A stretch of 64,000 bases of DNA from Christensenellaceae bacterium (GCA_012837835.1 DUQK01000018.1:16217-80216), one strand, 5' to 3'. Numbered from the stretch's first letter, positions 26,722 through 36,318 are shown. Numbers and translations: made by a program. The notes: generated by a model from the letters alone, not told the origin.

Positions 26722-28245
26722 ATGGGCGAATACATTATTGAGATGCTTAACATCACCAAGGATTTTCCCGGCATCAGGGCCAATGACGATGTTATATTGC
26801 AGCTTAAGAAAGGCGAAATTCATGCACTGCTCGGCGAAAACGGCGCAGGTAAATCCACATTGATGAGCATATTATTCGGGTTATATAAACCCGATGCCGG
26901 CAGGATACTAAAAAACGGCAAGGAAGTAAATATTAGCGATCCTAACGATGCAAACCGCCTTGGCATAGGTATGGTGCATCAACATTTTAAGCTGGTGCAT
27001 AACTTTACCGTGCTAGAAAACATCATACTTGGCGTAGAAACGACAGAAAAGGGCATGCTTAAGATGGACGCTGCGCGCGACAGGGTGATGGAACTGTCCG
27101 AAAGGTACGGTCTTAAGGTTGAGCCGGATTTACTTATAAGCGATATAACTGTCGGTATGCAGCAGAGGGTTGAGATACTTAAAATGCTCTACCGCGATAA
27201 TGAAATACTTATATTCGATGAGCCTACTGCTGTGCTTACCCCCCAAGAAATAGAGGAGCTTATGTTAGTAATGCGCGGCATGGCGGATGAAGGTAAGAGT
27301 ATATTATTTATAACCCATAAACTTGAGGAAATTAAAAAAGTAGCTGACCGCTGTACCGTGCTAAGGAAAGGCAAGATGGTCGCCACAGTTCCTGTCGCAA
27401 CCACCTCAGTTGAAGAGATGGCGGAGATGATGGTAGGCAGGAAAATGCGCTTTACCATAGATAAAGATGAAGTTTCCGTAGGGAAACCCATACTCAGTGT
27501 AAATAACTTGTGCGTAAAGGGAGCCCATGAAAAAAATGCCGTAGACAATGTAAGCTTTGATGTACATGAAGGTGAGATAGTGTGCATAGTGGGTATAGAT
27601 GGCAACGGGCAAAGTGAGCTTGCCTATGCTATAGCCGGGCTTATGGATGTTGAAAGCGGCAGCATAAAATTTATGGGCGAGGATATAAGCCGCGCAAGGG
27701 TTAGAGAGCGAAATGATTTAGGGCTTGCACATATACCTGAGGATAGACATAAGTACGGTTTGGTGCTGGATTTTGATCTTCAACAGAACTTAGCCCTAAA
27801 AAACTACTATGCACCGGAACTCCAAAACCGCGGCTTTATTAACTTCCCTGCGGTTAGAAAACAGGCGGACATGCTGATAGAAAAGTTTGATATACGCTCC
27901 GCCCAAGGTGCGGATACCATGGCGCGCAGCATGTCAGGCGGCAACCAGCAAAAAGCAATAATCGCAAGGGAAATAAATGCAGACCCTAAGCTTCTTATAG
28001 CTGTGCAGCCAACCCGCGGGCTTGATGTAGGCGCTATGATGTATATACACGAGCAGCTTTTAAAGCAACGCAAGGAGGGTAAGGCTGTATTGCTTATATC
28101 CCTAGAGCTTGATGAAGTGTTTCAGCTATCCGACAGGATACTTGTTATATACGAGGGAAAGATAGTAGCTCAGCTTGCTGCAAAGGACGCAACGCCGCAG
28201 CTGCTCGGTCTATATATGGCGGGTTCAAAGGGGGAAAGCGCATGA
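26722..28245 (+). CDS. ABC transporter ATP-binding protein with duplicated ATPase domains
   Basis: Walker A motifs GENGAGKST and GIDGNGQSE. Signature motif SGGNQQK. 507 aa, typical of sugar/nucleoside CUT2-type ATPases. Confidence 0.9.
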   Translation: MGEYIIEMLNITKDFPGIRANDDVILQLKKGEIHALLGENGAGKSTLMSILFGLYKPDAGRILKNGKEVNISDPNDANRLGIGMVHQHFKLVHNFTVLENIILGVETTEKGMLKMDAARDRVMELSERYGLKVEPDLLISDITVGMQQRVEILKMLYRDNEILIFDEPTAVLTPQEIEELMLVMRGMADEGKSILFITHKLEEIKKVADRCTVLRKGKMVATVPVATTSVEEMAEMMVGRKMRFTIDKDEVSVGKPILSVNNLCVKGAHEKNAVDNVSFDVHEGEIVCIVGIDGNGQSELAYAIAGLMDVESGSIKFMGEDISRARVRERNDLGLAHIPEDRHKYGLVLDFDLQQNLALKNYYAPELQNRGFINFPAVRKQADMLIEKFDIRSAQGADTMARSMSGGNQQKAIIAREINADPKLLIAVQPTRGLDVGAMMYIHEQLLKQRKEGKAVLLISLELDEVFQLSDRILVIYEGKIVAQLAAKDATPQLLGLYMAGSKGESA

Positions 28246-29378
28246 GCAGAATAAAGAAATGGCTACTTAGTATATCGCCGTCGCTTATTGCTATATTATC
28301 CGGAATATTTGCGGGCTTTATTATTCTTCTTATAAGCAACCCCGCAAGCGCATTTAACGGACTTGTAGTAATATTAAAGGGTGGCTGGAATAATGGCATG
28401 AAAGGCTTAGGTCAGGTGCTATATTACGCTACCCCCATTATACTAACCGGACTTTCGGTAGGTTTTGCCTTTAAGACGGGCATGTTCAATATAGGCGCTT
28501 CCGGACAGCTTGTTGTAGGTGCATTAATGTCTATATATGTAGGCATAAACTGGACATTCCTTCCGGGGCATCTGCACTGGATAGTTGCAATGCTTATGGG
28601 TACGCTAGCCGGTATGGTGTGGGGTATGCTTGTTGGGCTGCTTAAGGCGTACAGAAATGTAAACGAAGTAATATCTGCAATAATGTTCAACTACATAGGC
28701 ATGTACGGGGTAAACTACCTTATAAAAAGTTCGGATACTATGTACGATATATTGCGCAACCAAACCGTCAATGTGGCGAAAAACGCTGTTATTCCTAAGG
28801 CAGGGTTGGATAATATCTTCTATATAGTAAAGGGACGTTTCCATGACGCCTCCAGTGTAAACGGCGGTATTTTAATCGCTGTGCTAATTGCAATCCTGAT
28901 ATATATCATGATTAACAAAACCGCCTTTGGATACGAGCTGCGGGCTTGTGGTTACAACCGCCATGCCAGTCGCTACGCTGGTATCAACGAGAAGAAGGCT
29001 ATTGTGGCTTCCATGTCAATTGCCGGTGCCTTAAGCGGTGTGGCGGGGGCGCTAATGTACTTGGCGCCGTCAACCGGCATGCACATTCACGTGACGGAGG
29101 TGCTGGCATCCGAAGGTTTCAATGGTATTGCTGTTGCACTGCTGGGTATGTCCAATCCTATCGGTATTATCTTTGCCGGTCTATTTATTGCCCACATCAC
29201 CGTTGGAGGAGCTTTCCTACAGAGTTTGGGGTATATGAAAGAAGTCATTGATGTAATTGTAGGTCTTATCATTTACTTTAGCGCCTTTTCACTCCTCATG
29301 AGGGATGTGATGACTAGCATCCGCAGGAAACATGGCAGAAAAGTTTTAAATACTGAAGGAAAGGAGGCAAAGTGTTGA
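28242..29378 (+). CDS. ABC transporter permease
   Basis: Polytopic, 378 aa. ATGA overlap with the ATPase gene. Confidence 0.85.
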   Translation: MSRIKKWLLSISPSLIAILSGIFAGFIILLISNPASAFNGLVVILKGGWNNGMKGLGQVLYYATPIILTGLSVGFAFKTGMFNIGASGQLVVGALMSIYVGINWTFLPGHLHWIVAMLMGTLAGMVWGMLVGLLKAYRNVNEVISAIMFNYIGMYGVNYLIKSSDTMYDILRNQTVNVAKNAVIPKAGLDNIFYIVKGRFHDASSVNGGILIAVLIAILIYIMINKTAFGYELRACGYNRHASRYAGINEKKAIVASMSIAGALSGVAGALMYLAPSTGMHIHVTEVLASEGFNGIAVALLGMSNPIGIIFAGLFIAHITVGGAFLQSLGYMKEVIDVIVGLIIYFSAFSLLMRDVMTSIRRKHGRKVLNTEGKEAKC

Positions 29379-30337
29379 TGGATACTATATATTTTCTTGT
29401 ACAACAGATGATGTTCTTCTCCATTCCGCTTCTGATTGTGGCGTTGGGAGGGATGTTCTCCGAACGCAGCGGTGTGGTTAATATTGCCCTAGAGGGTATT
29501 ATGGTGGCTGGCGCGTTCTGTTCCATTTTCTTTATCTCAAAGATGCAACATATCATGAGCGGGCAGGTACTTTTGCTGCTGGCTATTTTGATAGCAGCGG
29601 TATCCGGTGTGCTGTTCTCCTTGCTGCACGCCTACGCATCCATCAACCTGCGCTCCGACCAGACCATTTCAGGTACTGCCCTGAACATGATTGCTCCGGC
29701 TGCTGCCATATATTTGGCACGTACGTTACAGCCCAATGGTGTTCAGCAGATACTATTTACCAATACATTTCGTATCAATAAGGTACCGGTTCTTGGGGAT
29801 ATTCCTGTGTTGGGACCAATGTTTTTTCAGAATTCCTATATTACGACTTATATTGGCTTGGTTATATTCCTTGTTTCTGCTGTGGTGCTATATAAAACGC
29901 GCTTTGGTCTAAGGCTGCGCGCCTGCGGCGAGCATCCTCAGGCGGCAGATTCTGTGGGCATAAATGTATACAAAATGCGCTACGCTGGTGTGCTCTTGTC
30001 AGGGGCATTGGCGGGACTTGGCGGGCTGGTGTATGTAATTCCTATATCAACCAACTTTAACGCTACTGTTTCAGGCTACGGCTTTTTGGCGCTTGCGGTG
30101 CTTATATTCGGTCAATGGACACCTAAGGGGATATTCTTTGCAGCACTATTCTTTGGCGGTATGAAGGCTATAGCTTCCAGCTATTCGGGTATTCCTTTTT
30201 TGCAGAACCTAGGTATACCCAGCGATATATATAAAATGATACCCTATATAGCAACCCTTACAGTGCTTGCCTTCTCAAGTAAGAAGAGCCAGGCTCCAAG
30301 AGCCAGCGGGGTGCCTTACGATAAGGGTTTAAGGTAG
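29372..30337 (+). CDS. ABC transporter permease
   Basis: AAGGAGG at 29361-29367. Start is GTG 29372 or ATG 29378. Polytopic, 321 aa. Confidence 0.85.
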   Translation: MLMDTIYFLVQQMMFFSIPLLIVALGGMFSERSGVVNIALEGIMVAGAFCSIFFISKMQHIMSGQVLLLLAILIAAVSGVLFSLLHAYASINLRSDQTISGTALNMIAPAAAIYLARTLQPNGVQQILFTNTFRINKVPVLGDIPVLGPMFFQNSYITTYIGLVIFLVSAVVLYKTRFGLRLRACGEHPQAADSVGINVYKMRYAGVLLSGALAGLGGLVYVIPISTNFNATVSGYGFLALAVLIFGQWTPKGIFFAALFFGGMKAIASSYSGIPFLQNLGIPSDIYKMIPYIATLTVLAFSSKKSQAPRASGVPYDKGLR

Positions 30338-30550
30338 TGTGAGCGGCATAAATAGCGGAGTCTAACTTGGCTAGTATTATGCTTTCGTATAAAGCTCCTC
30401 AATGTGGGGCGGGTGTTCCCTTTTTAGGCTTTAGAAAACAAATTTCTTTCTAGTAACGTACAGTTGTTATACTCTGTTGCTTTTTTGGTGATTCTATAAT
30501 TGCCCTGTATATGTAAAAAAAACGAATAAATTTCACAAATAAACGCAGTA

Positions 30551-30605
30551 GATTTTACATTAGTCATGTACTTTGGTAGTATAAATTGAGAAAGGAAGGT
30601 AAACA
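30551..30605 (+). promoter_or_regulatory. Conserved 5-prime control module (copy 1), shared with the alkaline phosphatase gene
   Basis: gattttacattagt (30551-30564) and agaaaggaaggtaaaca (30589-30605) are identical to 45295-45308 and 45333-45349, with the same 24-nt spacing. TTCACA (30532-30537) lies 22 nt upstream of TTTACA (30554-30559). Confidence 0.6.
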
Positions 30606-30606
30606 T

Positions 30607-32361
30607 ATGAAAAAAATAACTGCACTGTTTCTAGCTCTAATGCTGGTAGTGTCGCTGGTACCCATGGGCAGCGTTTATGCTGAGGGTGAAACCACAATTA
30701 CCATACTGGGCACATCTGACTTGCACGGCAACATATGGGGCTTTAGCTATGAGGACAATGCTGAAACCAAAAACAACGGCATGGCTCGCGTGTATACCTA
30801 TATAAAGCAGGTGCGTGCTGAAAACCCCAATACTATACTGATTGACAATGGCGATACCATTCAGGGCACAATAATGACCGACGACCTGTTTAACAAAAAC
30901 CCTGAAAGAGAGCATCCTGTTATAATCGCCATGAATTACATGGGCTATGATGCTATGACGCTTGGTAACCATGAGTTCAACTGGGGTATCCCCTCTATGA
31001 AAACCATACTCGGCAGGGCGGACTTCCCTATGCTCTGTGCCAATGTACGCACCGCTGACGGCGGTCTGGTAACAGGCGAGGGATGGACCATAGTAGAAAA
31101 AGACGGCGTGAAAGTTGCCATCATTGGCGTTGTTACCCCTGATGTACCTATTTGGGATGGCGGCAAGGAAGGCATTGATGAGTGCACCTATGAAGCTGCG
31201 AATACCGCAGTTAAAAGTGCCATAGCAGAAATTGGGGATAAGGCAGACCTCATCGTAGTTTCCGCCCACATGGGCATGTATGCGGAATTTGACGAAGAAC
31301 ACGGCTCTGACTCTGCCCAAAAGATTTTGGATGACAATCCCGAAATCGATGCTATGCTGGTAGGTCATATGCACATGATAGTAAACGAAAAGCAGGGCGA
31401 CACCGTAATAGGCGGTCCCCGCAACGGCGGTCGCGACATAGTGCGTTTTGATATTACCGTAGGCAGCGATAAGGCTATTGTAGACGCAAAAGTAGATGTA
31501 ATAGACATGAAAGATACTGAGCCTGCTCAGGAAATCCGCGAGATTGAAAAAGTTGTTGAGGCTCATAATGAAACAATCAATTTCATAGCCGGCGGCACGG
31601 GTGACGGCGAAGAAGGCGGAGCTGCTCTTGGCAGCACCACAGCTAAGTTCCAGCCCGAAAATGAGATTGCCGGTATCCCCTCCGGTCGTATAATGGACAC
31701 CCCCGTTATGGACCTTATAAACAAGATCCAGCTTGAAAATTCACAGGCTGATGTATCTTCCGCGGCGCTGTTCAAGAACACTTCCGACCTGCCCGAGGGT
31801 GATATAAACTACGGTGATATATTCAACATCTATAAGTTTGACAACACTCTCTACCGTGTACCCATAACAGGCGCAGAGCTTAAAGCATACATGGAATGGT
31901 CCGCCGAGTGCTACAATCAGTGGGTTCCCGGCGATATCAACATCTCCTTTGACCCTGAATATCCGGACTATCTCTATGATATGTTCGCGGGTGTGGATTA
32001 TGAAATAGACCTAAGCCAGCCCAAGGGTGAGCGTATTAAAAACGTTATGTTCAAGGGTGAACCTCTAAAGGACGATGAGGAGCTTACGCTTGCGGTAAAC
32101 AATTACCGCTACTCTTCCGCGCTCAAATCTCAAGGTTTGGTATCCGGTAAGAAGGAATGGGAGTCCTCCAGCTCAATTCGCGATATGATAGTTGCTTACT
32201 TTGCAGAGCATTCTCCCGTTGCCCCTGAAGTAGATAACAACTGGAAGATAGTCGGTGTGGATCTGCAGCTTGATAATCCCAAGCGTGCAGAGATTATAGA
32301 AAAAATCAACGCCGGAGAGCTTGAAACCCCCTATTCTAAGAGTATTAACCTTAACGATTAA
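30607..32361 (+). CDS. Secreted bifunctional metallophosphatase / 5-prime-nucleotidase (UshA/CpdB-like)
   Basis: Start set at MKKITALF (signal peptide). Metallophosphatase motifs GTSDLHG, DNGDTIQG and GNHEF, plus a C-terminal 5-prime-nucleotidase domain. Confidence 0.85.
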   Translation: MKKITALFLALMLVVSLVPMGSVYAEGETTITILGTSDLHGNIWGFSYEDNAETKNNGMARVYTYIKQVRAENPNTILIDNGDTIQGTIMTDDLFNKNPEREHPVIIAMNYMGYDAMTLGNHEFNWGIPSMKTILGRADFPMLCANVRTADGGLVTGEGWTIVEKDGVKVAIIGVVTPDVPIWDGGKEGIDECTYEAANTAVKSAIAEIGDKADLIVVSAHMGMYAEFDEEHGSDSAQKILDDNPEIDAMLVGHMHMIVNEKQGDTVIGGPRNGGRDIVRFDITVGSDKAIVDAKVDVIDMKDTEPAQEIREIEKVVEAHNETINFIAGGTGDGEEGGAALGSTTAKFQPENEIAGIPSGRIMDTPVMDLINKIQLENSQADVSSAALFKNTSDLPEGDINYGDIFNIYKFDNTLYRVPITGAELKAYMEWSAECYNQWVPGDINISFDPEYPDYLYDMFAGVDYEIDLSQPKGERIKNVMFKGEPLKDDEELTLAVNNYRYSSALKSQGLVSGKKEWESSSSIRDMIVAYFAEHSPVAPEVDNNWKIVGVDLQLDNPKRAEIIEKINAGELETPYSKSINLND

Positions 32362-32383
32362 TAATAGAAAGTATCTATAGTAT

Positions 32384-32416
32384 AAAAGAAGCTCCTAAAA
32401 AGGGGGGCTTCTTTTT
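32384..32416 (+). terminator. Rho-independent terminator, probably bidirectional (convergent with sigH)
   Basis: 9-bp stem agaagctcc / gggggcttct region (32387-32395 / 32404-32412) flanked by an A-run and TTTTT. Confidence 0.75.
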
Positions 32417-32470
32417 GAATAAGGTGGGTGTAAAAGACTATTTTAAGGTTATGTAAGCTATTACAAGGTG

Positions 32471-33106
32471 TTATTCATCAATTTGAGATAGCAGGTATTC
32501 TCTTGTTTTTTTCCTTATGCGCTGCAGAGCATTGTCTACCGCCTTTGTATGCCTGTTAAGTTCAATTGCTATATCTTGGTAAGACTTGCCTTGCAGGAAT
32601 AGGCGAAGCACATCTTTTTCAAGCTTTGACAGCGTCTTTTGGTAGTAGGATTCAATATTTCTAATGCTTTCTCTATCCAATGCTTCGTCTTCAGGACCTA
32701 TGCTTTCGCTTTTCAGAACATCTATAAGCGTTCTCTCTCCCTCCTCACCCTCAAAATGATAGGGGCGGTTGAGGGATATGTAGTTGTTAAGCGGAGTGTG
32801 CTTGAGTCTTGATGCGGTTTTTATAGCAGTAATCATCTGCCTTTTTATGCACAAATCGGAGAATACGGCAAAGCTTGCATTTCTATCGGGCAGGTAGTCC
32901 CTTATAGCTTTAACTAAACCTATCATGCCTTCCTGCACAAGGTCATCCTGCTCGGCGCCTACGAGGAAATAACCTCTTGCTTTCATGAGCACATTTTTTT
33001 TGTATCGACTAAGCAGGCATAACATGGCATCAGTATCGCCCTGCTGTGCGAGCGAAACCAGCTCCTCATCGTTTAAATTATCTATATGTCCGTATTCTTC
33101 AGTCAA
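32471..33106 (-). CDS. sigH: RNA polymerase sigma-H factor
   Basis: Sigma-70 regions 2 and 4 (DLVQEGMIGL; YQDIAIELNRHTKAVDNALQRIRKK). Conserved position after rlmB. Confidence 0.85.
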   Translation of the reverse strand: MTEEYGHIDNLNDEELVSLAQQGDTDAMLCLLSRYKKNVLMKARGYFLVGAEQDDLVQEGMIGLVKAIRDYLPDRNASFAVFSDLCIKRQMITAIKTASRLKHTPLNNYISLNRPYHFEGEEGERTLIDVLKSESIGPEDEALDRESIRNIESYYQKTLSKLEKDVLRLFLQGKSYQDIAIELNRHTKAVDNALQRIRKKTREYLLSQIDE

Positions 33107-33107
33107 A

Positions 33108-34304
33108 TTATACTATCCTAGCGCAATATACTTGGTGCATTATTATCCCCGCTGCAACCGAGGCGTTGAATGAGCCTATTTTACCCGTCATGGGTATAGA
33201 TATAATTTTATCGCATTCATCCTTAACGCGGCGGCTTACGCCAAAGCCTTCGCTGCCTATAACCAGCGCTGTAGCGGAGGTAAAATCAGCTTCGCTGTAA
33301 GTTTCGCCGCCCATATCAAGCGCATATATCCAAACACCCTGTTTTTTAAGGCTTATAATAGTATCTGCAAGGTTTGTAACGCGTGCTATCTTTATGTGCT
33401 CAATAGCGCCGGCAGATGCCTTTGCTACTACATTTGTAAGTCCCACCGCTCTGTGTCTTGGTATTATTACACCGTGCGCTCCTGTGCAAGCTGCGGAACG
33501 TATTATAGCGCCTAGGTTATGCGGGTCTGTTATACTGTCAAGCAGCATAATAAAAGGCTTTTCGTCTCTCTGTTTTGCAAGTTCTAATATTTCATCAACA
33601 GTGGAATATTCATAAGCGGATGCAAAGGCAACCATGCCTTGGTGGTTGCCGGCAAGCATATCAAGCTGTTTTTTATTTACAGGCTGTATGCGCACTCCCG
33701 CGTCCTTTGCCATGGCGAGTATCTGTCTTGCGCTGCCCTGCATTTCTCCGGCTTGAACAAGTATTTTTTCTAAATCCCTACCTGCTCTAAGCGCTTCTCT
33801 TATGGGGTTTCTGCCTGTAAGCAGAGTTCCGTCGTTTAGCTCTTCATTTTTAATATCTTCGGTGCGCTTATTATCGTAAGTTCTGTTGTTATCCTTACGC
33901 TCATTGTAGCGGGGATTTCTGATGTTTTTATTCTGAGTATATTTTTCGTCGCTCTTATTATCGCGCTGTTTATTATAGCCTTTTGCTTCGTCCTTTACAT
34001 AGCCCTTAGTCTTGCGGTTATTCTGTTTTCTACCGTCTGATTTTTTGTTCCTAACAAATTCATCATTAAGCCCGAATACGCCTTCCATACTGTCCCCGCT
34101 TCTGTTTTTACTTCTTTTTCGAGGGGGCATGTTGTTTGGTATCATGCTGTATGGGTTTGTAGCGTCAAAACGGTTTTCATCCGCATAGCGTAGCGATGAA
34201 TTGGTTGGTTTTTGCTGGTCGGTATAATTCTTCTTATATCCGCCCTTTGCAGCCGATGTACCCTGTCTTTTGTACTGCTGCCTGCTTTTTTGTTTATATG
34301 CCAT
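33108..34304 (-). CDS. rlmB: 23S rRNA (guanosine-2-prime-O)-methyltransferase RlmB (SpoU/TrmH) with a long basic N-terminal extension
   Basis: The C-terminal roughly 245 aa carries SpoU motifs (LDSITDPHNLGAIIRSA, LVIGSEGFGVS, IPMTGKIGSFNASVAAGI). The first roughly 150 aa are a K/R/N/Q-rich low-complexity region. Confidence 0.85.
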   Translation of the reverse strand: MAYKQKSRQQYKRQGTSAAKGGYKKNYTDQQKPTNSSLRYADENRFDATNPYSMIPNNMPPRKRSKNRSGDSMEGVFGLNDEFVRNKKSDGRKQNNRKTKGYVKDEAKGYNKQRDNKSDEKYTQNKNIRNPRYNERKDNNRTYDNKRTEDIKNEELNDGTLLTGRNPIREALRAGRDLEKILVQAGEMQGSARQILAMAKDAGVRIQPVNKKQLDMLAGNHQGMVAFASAYEYSTVDEILELAKQRDEKPFIMLLDSITDPHNLGAIIRSAACTGAHGVIIPRHRAVGLTNVVAKASAGAIEHIKIARVTNLADTIISLKKQGVWIYALDMGGETYSEADFTSATALVIGSEGFGVSRRVKDECDKIISIPMTGKIGSFNASVAAGIIMHQVYCARIV

Positions 34305-34308
34305 CTAT

Positions 34309-35034
34309 TTAATCCTTTATTGTTTTGTATTTTTCGCGAACTTGCATTATCTGTCCGCAGGTTCTACTTCCCTCAGGGCAAGGTCCTGAAATGCAGGAAG
34401 GTCCGGCATTGTTAAATATTGCGGGTATTTCCTGTCTGCATATTTTAAGCATAGCGTCTGCCATGCGGTGTATTTCCCACTGGGCGCGGTTGCAGCACCT
34501 TAGTTTAAAAAAGTGCAGAAGCTCTCTTGCGTTCATGGTGAGTACAAGGCGTGTTTCACAGGCATTTGGCAATACAAAGCGCGCGTCCTCATTACCGCCC
34601 TCACCTTTTTCAAGCCTATCCTGCCACGATTTATACCAGCTTTGTATTTGTGCCATTTGGCTTTCGTATTCTTCTACGGCGTAATCACCGAGTGCTGCTA
34701 TCTTTGGGGGAATAATATAGTTAAAGCCATCAGCAAGAGAAACATACCTTTGACTCTGCACGCTGTATGATGCTATTCTGTGCCTTGTAAGCTGAGCCAG
34801 CAGTACGCGGCTTACGCCCTCTATGCCGAAAGAAAAACTTATATGCTCTATAACAGAAAGATGCCCGCTAGAAACCACCCCTTTAAGAAATGCGCCCTGC
34901 TTTCTTTCTGATACCTTTTGTTTAAGTTCCTCAACCGTGTCGGGGGAATAGCAAAGCCTTGCGGCAAGTGCAGAAAGTTCCTCACCCTTTGGGGTTACAG
35001 AGAGGAGAGTTACAGCTAAATCTACCTTTGGCAT
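34309..35034 (-). CDS. thyX: FAD-dependent thymidylate synthase ThyX
   Basis: ThyX motif RHR..S.....SQRY is present (TRHRIASYSVQSQRY). Confidence 0.9.
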   Translation of the reverse strand: MPKVDLAVTLLSVTPKGEELSALAARLCYSPDTVEELKQKVSERKQGAFLKGVVSSGHLSVIEHISFSFGIEGVSRVLLAQLTRHRIASYSVQSQRYVSLADGFNYIIPPKIAALGDYAVEEYESQMAQIQSWYKSWQDRLEKGEGGNEDARFVLPNACETRLVLTMNARELLHFFKLRCCNRAQWEIHRMADAMLKICRQEIPAIFNNAGPSCISGPCPEGSRTCGQIMQVREKYKTIKD

Positions 35035-35423
35035 TATATTCCTCCAAATTCTATTACAAGCGAAAACAGCTCATCTATGCGCCTTATATCTTTTTTAAGG
35101 TATAGAAAGCCAAAGACCGTTTCCATGGCAGTTGAGAGGGAGTATTCCTCGCAGCTTGCAGCCTTTGGCACCCTGTGTTTAGGGCTGGCATTTCTCCCGC
35201 GCCTTGCTATGTCCTTTTCTTCAGGGCTTAGATGTTCAAGCAGATTTTTAAATATTTTCGCCTGAGATGAGGCGCAAACAAAAGCTGTTTCAGCCTCATT
35301 AAGGGAGTTTAATCTCCTATGCTTTTGAAGCACATGTTCCCTAACTAGCAGCTCATAAACTGCATCGCCTATGTAGGCGAGCTGGAGCGGGTTAAGCTGC
35401 TCATAGTTTATACCCGCCTGCAT
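35034..35423 (-). CDS. mrnC: Mini-ribonuclease 3
   Basis: The LAYIGDAVYEL catalytic block, the 129-aa length and the conserved neighbourhood all fit. Confidence 0.85.
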   Translation of the reverse strand: MQAGINYEQLNPLQLAYIGDAVYELLVREHVLQKHRRLNSLNEAETAFVCASSQAKIFKNLLEHLSPEEKDIARRGRNASPKHRVPKAASCEEYSLSTAMETVFGFLYLKKDIRRIDELFSLVIEFGGI

Positions 35424-35424
35424 A

Positions 35425-36318
35425 TTATTCCAACGTTGTCTTCCAGTATTTGGACGGACTCATGCCCACTATATTTTTGAATGTCTTGGAGAAGTGGTAA
35501 GGGTCCTTCATGCCTACTTCGACACCTGTCTGTTTAACAGAAAGACCTTCTTTAAGCAGCACCTTAGCCCTTTCCATTTTGCAGTGCAGCTGGTAGCTCT
35601 GCGGCGGCATGCCCACTTCAGAAACAAAGCGTTTCCTAAATGTTTCAACCGGCATACGGCTTATTTCCGCCATGTCGCTTAGTGAATAGCTGTTTTTATA
35701 CTGGTGCTTGTGCATTTCGTCCAGAACCTTTGCAATCTCGTGTGATAATACGGCATTCATTGCCACCGGCTGACCACTGTGTGAGGCGAGCATTGCCCAA
35801 AGCAATTGCTGCAGCTGAGCTGATGCGCCCGCCTGCGCAGCAGCCTGTGCGCGTACTGCCGCCTGTACCGCGTTTCTTGCAAGCTTTAATTGAGAGGGGA
35901 GAACGCCCTGTTTGAGCGGTTTTCTGCTTATGGCGCCCATGCTCTGCATGAATTGCTCAACCAGCGGTCCTTTAACTGCTATCCAGAGCATGCGGGATTC
36001 CTGCTCGCATACGAGTTTACTTCCATGTGTATAGGGCGGGATTATTGCGCCTTCCCTTACTTTCATGGAAAAATTGGCGATGGAATCCACAAAGTCTACT
36101 ACGCCGGATTGTACGGCAAGCCATACCCAATCCTCCCTCTGCTTGAGTGGGAATTCTCCAACAGGGAGCATTGTGCTGCCGGCAGAAGATATCCAAATGC
36201 CGCTAGCCCTTGCCAGCGGATCGGGGTCGTGCACCCCTTCAACGCATAGTGGCGTTACTACGCCTTCTTTATTTTCTAAATCAAACATTACAGAACTAAA
36301 CTTTTTTGAATCCGACAT
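35425..36318 (-). CDS. AraC-family transcriptional regulator
   Basis: C-terminal double HTH (SLSDMAEISRMPVETFRKRF...PSKYWK) and an N-terminal cupin-like sensor region. Confidence 0.8.
   Translation of the reverse strand: MSDSKKFSSVMFDLENKEGVVTPLCVEGVHDPDPLARASGIWISSAGSTMLPVGEFPLKQREDWVWLAVQSGVVDFVDSIANFSMKVREGAIIPPYTHGSKLVCEQESRMLWIAVKGPLVEQFMQSMGAISRKPLKQGVLPSQLKLARNAVQAAVRAQAAAQAGASAQLQQLLWAMLASHSGQPVAMNAVLSHEIAKVLDEMHKHQYKNSYSLSDMAEISRMPVETFRKRFVSEVGMPPQSYQLHCKMERAKVLLKEGLSVKQTGVEVGMKDPYHFSKTFKNIVGMSPSKYWKTTLE

Noticed and set aside
26678-26863. 61-aa plus-strand ORF starting inside the intercistronic hairpin
   Set aside because: It begins within the terminator stem and overlaps the ATPase gene out of frame. 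The ATPase start at 26722 has a proper RBS (AAAGGAG).
30637-31566. 309-aa minus-strand ORF
   Set aside because: It is antisense to the 5-prime-nucleotidase gene, whose metallophosphatase motifs are unambiguous. There is no RBS and the composition is odd.
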